Origin: Pseudonocardiaceae bacterium
GTDB taxonomy: Bacteria > Actinomycetota > Actinomycetes > Mycobacteriales > Pseudonocardiaceae
Reading direction: 5' to 3'
DNA: 64,000 nt
Assembly (NCBI GenBank): GCA_036273855.1
Contig: DASUGU010000036.1
Span: 11,041-75,040 of the forward strand
The notes below the pieces were generated by a model. It did no database searches and had not been told where the DNA came from. It saw only the letters and a program-made list of their open reading frames with translations. How positions within the stretch are numbered: the first letter of the stretch is position 1; every line of letters starts with the position of its first letter. Position numbers and translations under genes: made by a program. Shown piece by piece: positions 57,314-64,000 of the stretch.

Positions 57314-57871
57314 TCAGACCACCTCCTCTGCCGCGAGCGCCCTTCGCAGCATCGCCAGCGCGTGGTGCTGGATGACCCGCACCGCACTCGGCGTGGAACC
57401 AACAGCGTCGGCGGTGTCGTCCGCCGACAGTCCGACCACCAGTCGCAGCACCAGGATCTCCCGGTACCGGGCCGGCAAAACCCGTAGCAGCGAAGCCATC
57501 CGGGCCGGCAACCCGTTCCGGGTCGCCTGCTGCTCGGGCTGGGTATCCATGTCCGGTCGATCGGGGACCGCGGCCACCCGGTCGCGCGCCGCAACCTTCT
57601 GCGCCGCGATTCCGTACACGAATGCCACGAACGGCCGCTCCTGGCGTCGATAACCAGGCAGCGCCGTCAGCACCGCGAGACACACCTCCTGCGCCACGTC
57701 GTCCGCCGAGGCGAACGACCCTTCCTGCCTGCCCAGACGGGCGCGGCAGTACCGCACGGCCAACGGCCGGACCCACGCGAGCAGACGCTCCACCGACGAT
57801 CGGTCGCCGCCGACCGCGGCGCCCACCACCGCGGCGCCCAGTCCGTCCCCCAAGTTGGTCATCGCAGGCAA
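57314..57871 (-). CDS. sigD: ECF sigma factor, SigD-like
   Basis: It has a sigma-70 region 2 (DDVAQEVCLAVL) and region 4 (REILVLRLVVGLSADDTADAVGSTPSAVRVIQHHAL). The synteny is with guaB and rsdA. Confidence 0.8.
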   Translation of the reverse strand: MPAMTNLGDGLGAAVVGAAVGGDRSSVERLLAWVRPLAVRYCRARLGRQEGSFASADDVAQEVCLAVLTALPGYRRQERPFVAFVYGIAAQKVAARDRVAAVPDRPDMDTQPEQQATRNGLPARMASLLRVLPARYREILVLRLVVGLSADDTADAVGSTPSAVRVIQHHALAMLRRALAAEEVV

Positions 57872-57914
57872 CAGTCCTGGTGTTACGTCTCAGCGGTCAC
57901 TACAGACCGAATCA

Positions 57915-57931
57915 GGTGACACAGCGTCACC
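57915..57931. promoter_or_regulatory. palindrome GGTGAC-ACAGC-GTCACC upstream of the sigD-like gene
   Basis: Perfect 6+6 inverted repeat, 44 nt upstream of the sigD-like start. The core TGAC-N5-GTCA fits TNAC-N5-GTNA. Confidence 0.35.
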
Positions 57932-58041
57932 CACACCGACCCCATCACCGTACTCGCTGAGGTCATCTTTCGTCGATCCCGACTTGATCATGGCTGGTGA
58001 GCAGGGTGAGAGGTCCGTCCACAGGTGACCCGGACAGACGA

Positions 58042-58072
58042 ATCCGGTCCGATGGCAACCACCGGACCGGAT
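58042..58072 (-). terminator. hairpin downstream of the BldM-like gene
   Basis: 10-bp stem atccggtccg/cggaccggat with an 11-nt loop, about 65 nt after the stop at 58138. It is followed on the minus strand by TTCGTCTG. Confidence 0.4.
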
Positions 58073-58137
58073 GCGCTGTGTCACCGATCTCCGTGCGCTT
58101 CCGTGCGCGCAGCACGGCCGTTCGGCCTAATCCCCTA

Positions 58138-58734
58138 CTACGAAACGAGGCCGCGGCGGAAGCCATGCGCCACCGCCTGTGCCCGGTCGCGCACGCCCAG
58201 CTTGCGGAACAGCCGGCGGGCGTGGGTCTTCACCGTGTCCTCGGACAGGTACAGCTCGCGGCCGATCTGGCCGTTGCTCTTGCCCTGGCTCATCCCGCGC
58301 AGCACCTGCAGCTCGCGGTCGGTGAGCTGGACACCGGGGTCCGAGGGCTGCCGGGGCGCCGGCACCGAGGTGCTGGCCAGGGTGTGTGCCAGGGCGGCGA
58401 CCAGTTCCGGCCGGGACGCGTCCCAGCGGAGGTAGCCACGGGCGCCGCCGGCGATGGCGGCGGCGATGCTCCCGGCGTCGTCGGGTGCGCCGAACACGAT
58501 GACGTTCGCCTGTGGGTTGGCCGAGACGAGACGGCGGGTGGCCTCCACGCCTGTCGGAACGGCGCGCTGGGTACCGACCAGCACGACGTCCACCGGCTGC
58601 CGAGTGAACCGAGCCAACAACTCGTCACCGTGCGCTACACAGTCGATGCGACTGACCCCTGGCACAGCAGACATCACGCGCGTCAAACCTTCCCGCACGC
58701 TGCGCCGGTCGTCGCAGATCAAGACCGTCGTCAC
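58138..58734 (-). CDS. BldM-like atypical (pseudo-receiver) NarL/LuxR-family regulator
   Basis: The GTG at 58734 gives VTTVLICDD... The LuxR HTH is LTDRELQVLRGMSQGKSNGQIGRELYLSEDTVKTHARRLFRKLG. The position between the sigD-like and whiD-like genes matches Streptomyces bldM. Confidence 0.7.
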   Translation of the reverse strand: MTTVLICDDRRSVREGLTRVMSAVPGVSRIDCVAHGDELLARFTRQPVDVVLVGTQRAVPTGVEATRRLVSANPQANVIVFGAPDDAGSIAAAIAGGARGYLRWDASRPELVAALAHTLASTSVPAPRQPSDPGVQLTDRELQVLRGMSQGKSNGQIGRELYLSEDTVKTHARRLFRKLGVRDRAQAVAHGFRRGLVS

Positions 58735-58822
58735 GGGGACTCCTTCCAGCGGCCGTGTGCCGTTCCATCTCCGGTATCGGCCACCAGGGGGCAGACCTTG
58801 ACACGATCTGGTGCTGAATCCG

Positions 58823-59728
58823 TCAAGTAATTCGTCCGCAACCCGTTCGGGTTGGTTCACCGGAATGGATCAGCGTCCCCGGCAACCACGGGGACGCGGC
58901 CGCGATTCTCCGTTTTGCCGGGTCTGACCATGAGAATAACCTGGTCAAGGCGTCGGCCGCCACCGCCGTGTGCTGAGCGGCCCGATCCGGGGCCAATTCG
59001 GCCAGTTGCAGCGCGCAAGGCCAGGCCAGCGGAAATATCCCCCGTGTGAGGGATACGGCCTCCGCCTCCGTGAGTAGCCGCCTCGCCTGCCGCCGCCCGT
59101 CCGGGGTTCCCCCGGTCGCCAGCGAGACACCCAACATCATGGTCGACTTCACGGTGTGTCGCGTCGCGCCCGCCGCTTCGGCGAAGCGCTTCGACCGATC
59201 GGCGTGAGCCGCGGCGGCCGCCGGCCGGTCCGTCGCCAGGGCCAACTCGGTCGCCACCCAGCCGATACGGACGGTAACCCGCCAGGAGGTCGCGCCCCTC
59301 ACCTGGCGGGCGGCGTCGAGCAACCGGGTGGCTTCCGCGGGACGGCCCAGGCCGATCGCGTCGGCCGCCAGGCCGAGCAGCACGTCGACCGTCGCACCGA
59401 CCCGGTCGATGCCGTGCTCCTGGGCGGGTTCCCGCTGGTCAGGGGCCACGGCCAGCCGGCGGGCGGCCTCGGCGTCGTGGCGGCGGGCTTCGGCGTGGCC
59501 GCCGATCTGGCGCAGGTGGGAGGCCAGCGTGGTGCCGGCGAGCGCGGCCACGACCGGGTCCGGCGAACCGAGCAGGCGGGACAGGTGGGCGGTCGCCGCC
59601 GCGTAGCGCCCCTGACCGCCCAGGACGACACCCGCCAGCCACCGATCCAGTGGCGGTGCGTCCGCCGCCACCCGCACCACGGCCTCCGGTCGCCCGCCGA
59701 AGGCCGCGGCCAGCAGTGCGTCATCCAC
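58823..59728 (-). CDS. hypothetical alpha-helical repeat protein
   Basis: 301-aa Ala/Leu/Arg-rich ORF with a TPR-like periodicity. No family recognised. Confidence 0.4.
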   Translation of the reverse strand: MDDALLAAAFGGRPEAVVRVAADAPPLDRWLAGVVLGGQGRYAAATAHLSRLLGSPDPVVAALAGTTLASHLRQIGGHAEARRHDAEAARRLAVAPDQREPAQEHGIDRVGATVDVLLGLAADAIGLGRPAEATRLLDAARQVRGATSWRVTVRIGWVATELALATDRPAAAAAHADRSKRFAEAAGATRHTVKSTMMLGVSLATGGTPDGRRQARRLLTEAEAVSLTRGIFPLAWPCALQLAELAPDRAAQHTAVAADALTRLFSWSDPAKRRIAAASPWLPGTLIHSGEPTRTGCGRIT

Positions 59729-59776
59729 AGCGCACCATCTTCACCGCCGCCCGACCGCGGCCCGGCGGCGGGCGGC

Positions 59777-60754
59777 TCACAGCACGGCGTGCTCGATGTC
59801 GTCGGCCGCCGGGCCGATGCCGTCCGGCAGGACCAGCGCCGGGTCCACGTCGAGGACCCGCCACCCGGGCCCGGCGACGAACAGGCGGGTGCGCTGCCGG
59901 CTGCGCGGCGATGTCGCGACCAGTGCCGGGTCGGCGCTGCCGGGCAGTTGCGCCCACAGCACCACGGCGGCCGGGGACGTGCGGCGAATGGCGCCGGCCA
60001 GCGCGTCGGCCGGCACGGCGGCGCCGAGCATCCTGGTGCCCAGATCGCGGTGCGCCAGGGTCGCGACCAGCCCGTACAGCGGCAGCGTGTGCTGTTCACC
60101 GGGCGCGGCGGCCAGCAGGATCGGGCGCGGGTTGCGCGGCCGGGTGACCAGCGGCGTGGCCCGGATCAGCGCCGACCGGACGCACTCGTGCAGCAGTTGC
60201 TCCAACTCGGCCGACCCCGGGTGCCCCCAGCGCCTGCTCAACGCGCTGAGCACCGGCCGGATCACCTCGTCCCACACCCTCGGCACGCCACTGGCCTCGA
60301 TCGCCTCGGCCAGCAACCGCTGCGCCGCCACCGAGTCCATCGCCAGCACCGCCCGGCCGAACCCCTTGGCCAGCCGGCCCGCACCGGGCAGCCGCAGCGC
60401 CCGGGCACCGGTGACCAGGTCGGACCGGTCCTCGACGGGCGTCTCGGCCAGCGCGTACCTGGCCGCCTCGGCCGGTGACGCGCCCCGCAGCAGCGCATGC
60501 TGCATCAGTTCCAGCCGGGCCACGTCCTGGCCCGCGTACCTGCGGTGCCGGCCGGTGGCGTGACCGCTGGGGCCCACGCCGTACCGGCGGTCCCAGGTGC
60601 GCAGCGTCGCGGGGGCGATGCCCAGCCGCCGCGCGACCGCGGCGACCGTGAGGAACGGTTCGTGCGGGTCCGGGTCCGGACCGTCACCCACTTGCCCCGT
60701 CGGCTCCGTTGGCGCGCAACCGTTCGGTTCCGGTCGCGACATCACGGCGACCAT
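59777..60754 (-). CDS. MerR-family regulator with C-terminal B12-binding-like domain
   Basis: MerR HTH: FLTVAAVARRLGIAPATLRTWDRRYGV. C-terminus: ILLAAAPGEQHTLPLYGLVATLAHRDLGTRMLGAAVPADAL resembles the Rossmann-like B12-binding domain of CarH/LitR-type proteins. Start at 60754 or 60742. Confidence 0.7.
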   Translation of the reverse strand: MVAVMSRPEPNGCAPTEPTGQVGDGPDPDPHEPFLTVAAVARRLGIAPATLRTWDRRYGVGPSGHATGRHRRYAGQDVARLELMQHALLRGASPAEAARYALAETPVEDRSDLVTGARALRLPGAGRLAKGFGRAVLAMDSVAAQRLLAEAIEASGVPRVWDEVIRPVLSALSRRWGHPGSAELEQLLHECVRSALIRATPLVTRPRNPRPILLAAAPGEQHTLPLYGLVATLAHRDLGTRMLGAAVPADALAGAIRRTSPAAVVLWAQLPGSADPALVATSPRSRQRTRLFVAGPGWRVLDVDPALVLPDGIGPAADDIEHAVL

Positions 60755-60977
60755 CGTCCGGCCCGTGTGCCGCACCGGCAACCGGTGCCGAACAGGGCCC
60801 TGCCTGCCTGCGTGAATCCGATCGACCACGGCGTGCAAGTACGCCACACCCCCGATTGGATGAAAATGTCGACGTTGGGGCACAACGACTCTTGAACAAG
60901 TTTTGACACGCTTCTACTGTCGATCACGCTGGGCCGAATGGAGTAGCGCCAATGGCCCGGCGGAGGGAGGCGGTGAG

Positions 60978-61298
60978 ATGGCGGACACCCGGAGGCTGCC
61001 CGGCCCCAACGCCGACGTGTGGGACTGGCAGCTCGAAGGATCCTGCCGAGGCATGGACAGCGCGTTCTTCTTCCACCCCGACGGGGAACGCGGTCCCGCC
61101 AGGGCTCGGCGCGAGGCGCGGGCGAAGGCGGTCTGCCAGTCGTGCCCGGTACTGCAACTGTGTCGTCAGCACGCGCTCGCCGTGCAGGAGCCGTACGGGA
61201 TTTGGGGTGGGCTTTCGGAGTCCGAGCGGGACTCCATCATCAAGTCGCGCAAGCGGCAGCTCGCGCTGGACCGGATTCCGGTGCAGTCGCGGCGGTAA
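60978..61298 (+). CDS. whiD: WhiB-family Fe-S transcription factor (WhiD / WhiB3 type)
   Basis: The ATG at 60978 follows GGAGGGAGG. It has four Cys in C-x22-C-x2-C-x5-C (GSCRG...VCQSCPVLQLC) and then the GIWGG turn. Confidence 0.9.
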   Translation: MADTRRLPGPNADVWDWQLEGSCRGMDSAFFFHPDGERGPARARREARAKAVCQSCPVLQLCRQHALAVQEPYGIWGGLSESERDSIIKSRKRQLALDRIPVQSRR

Positions 61299-61325
61299 CG
61301 ACGCCCCGGGGTGGGTCGGGAGGCA

Positions 61326-61363
61326 GTCGAAGGGCGGCATCCGCGTGGATGCCGCCCTTCGAC
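61326..61363. terminator. bidirectional hairpin terminator between whiD and groEL1
   Basis: Perfect 17-bp inverted repeat gtcgaagggcggcatcc/ggatgccgcccttcgac with a 4-nt loop, lying between two convergent stops. Confidence 0.7.
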
Positions 61364-61379
61364 GTGTACCGGCGGTTCG

Positions 61380-63384
<2,005 letters not shown>

Positions 63385-63495
63385 CGGAATGACCTCCACG
63401 GGTCGTCGAAAGCGTTGGCAGGTACCTGTTGTTGCATTGTTCGACGCCTGCCACCCCGCCGTCGCGGGAGCCGGGGCGGTGCTGGTGCCGTGCGA

Positions 63496-63522
63496 CTGGC
63501 ACTCTACCCATGCGAGTGCTAA
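63496..63522 (-). promoter_or_regulatory. CIRCE operator (HrcA site) upstream of groES
   Basis: The minus strand reads TTAGCACTC-GCATGGGTA-GAGTGCCAG against the consensus TTAGCACTC-N9-GAGTGCTAA (16/18). It lies 112 nt upstream of the groES start. Confidence 0.85.
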
Positions 63523-63626
63523 CCCTTCAAGGAGGGGTCCCCCACGGGTGCCGGGAGCGTCGAACCCGCTCGTCGACCGGCGCACCGGGGAATTGCGGTC
63601 GCCCTGTCGACGCCGGATGGTGGATC

Positions 63627-64000
63627 ATGGAAGTCATGGTGGCCGGACCTGCTGTCGTCGACTACGACCCCTCGTGGCCTGCCGTGTTCGACCAGCTCCG
63701 GCGGCCCGTCGCCGCCGCGGTCGGCGATCTCGCGCTGGCCATCGAGCACGTGGGCAGCACGTCGGTGCCGGGCCTGGCCGCGAAGCCGATCATCGACATG
63801 GACGTGGTGGCCGGGCAGGCGTCGGACGTGCCAGAGCTGATCGGCAGGCTGGCCTCGCTGGGCTACCGGCACAACGGTGATCAGGGCGTTCCCGGCCGGG
63901 AGGCGTTCCAGGAACCCGCCGGGCTGCCGCCGCACCACCTGTACGTCGTGGTGGCCGGCACCGCCCCGCACACCGATCATGTGCTGTTCCGGGATTACCT
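63627..64000 (+). CDS. GrpB-family protein (partial, continues past window end)
   Basis: Hand translation from the ATG at 63627: MEVMVAGPAVVDYDPSWPAVFDQLRRPVAAAVGDLALAIEHVGSTSVPGLAAKPIIDMDVV... This is typical of GrpB/UPF0157. Confidence 0.7.
   Translation, partial: MEVMVAGPAVVDYDPSWPAVFDQLRRPVAAAVGDLALAIEHVGSTSVPGLAAKPIIDMDVVAGQASDVPELIGRLASLGYRHNGDQGVPGREAFQEPAGLPPHHLYVVVAGTAPHTDHVLFRDY

Overview
This is high-G+C actinobacterial chromosome: sampled lines right of about 9.0 kb run roughly 70-75% G+C. Its left about 9 kb is a lower-G+C mosaic accessory island (sampled lines about 45-62%).

Core region, 9.1-64 kb. It is mostly conserved housekeeping and developmental genes. The order resembles Streptomyces/Micromonosporaceae and the M. 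tuberculosis Rv0948c-Rv0957 and Rv3409c-Rv3418c neighbourhoods.
- USP, a methyltransferase and an ArsR-type regulator.
- The SOS mutasome cassette imuA'-imuB-dnaE2, with a perfect LexA box.
- purH-purN, a PerM-like membrane protein and sucCD.
- An orphan B12-binding subunit and a large membrane protein.
- An M23 peptidase, pcrA/uvrD1 and an AroQ chorismate mutase.
- Two bitopic membrane proteins followed by two tandem Ser/Thr kinases.
- A LysR/EamA pair, a Crp/Fnr regulator, and a PspC-type two-component module.
- guaA, an ALDH-like pseudoenzyme, a Tat-lipoprotein FAD oxidase, a secreted Ig-domain protein and a GMC oxidase.
- guaB3-guaB, a sigD-rsdA pair, a BldM-like regulator, a MerR/B12-like regulator and whiD/whiB3.
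- groEL1-groES with a CIRCE operator, and a partial GrpB gene at the window end.

Island, 1 to about 9005. Its right junction truncates a host pentapeptide-repeat gene. It carries three groups of genes.
- A two-gene Kiwa-like defence pair: a 4-TM KwaA-like protein plus a DUF4868/KwaB-like protein. It sits directly behind a perfect actinobacterial SOS box and is followed by a DUF4238-like gene.
- A pentapeptide-repeat protein.
- An unusual cluster of three XRE regulators, a chain of four overlapping small ORFs, a Zn-ribbon/XRE/TPR regulator abutting a creatininase (MftE-like) hydrolase, and a radical SAM/SPASM enzyme. That enzyme ends in a 46-residue tail with 11 Cys in C-(N/S)-P-x register.

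The radical SAM/creatininase cluster and the SOS-wired Kiwa-plus-DUF4238 module are the best candidates for something undescribed.

No rRNA, tRNA or CRISPR array was seen. All family assignments come from reading motifs and from memory of the families. No searches were run.
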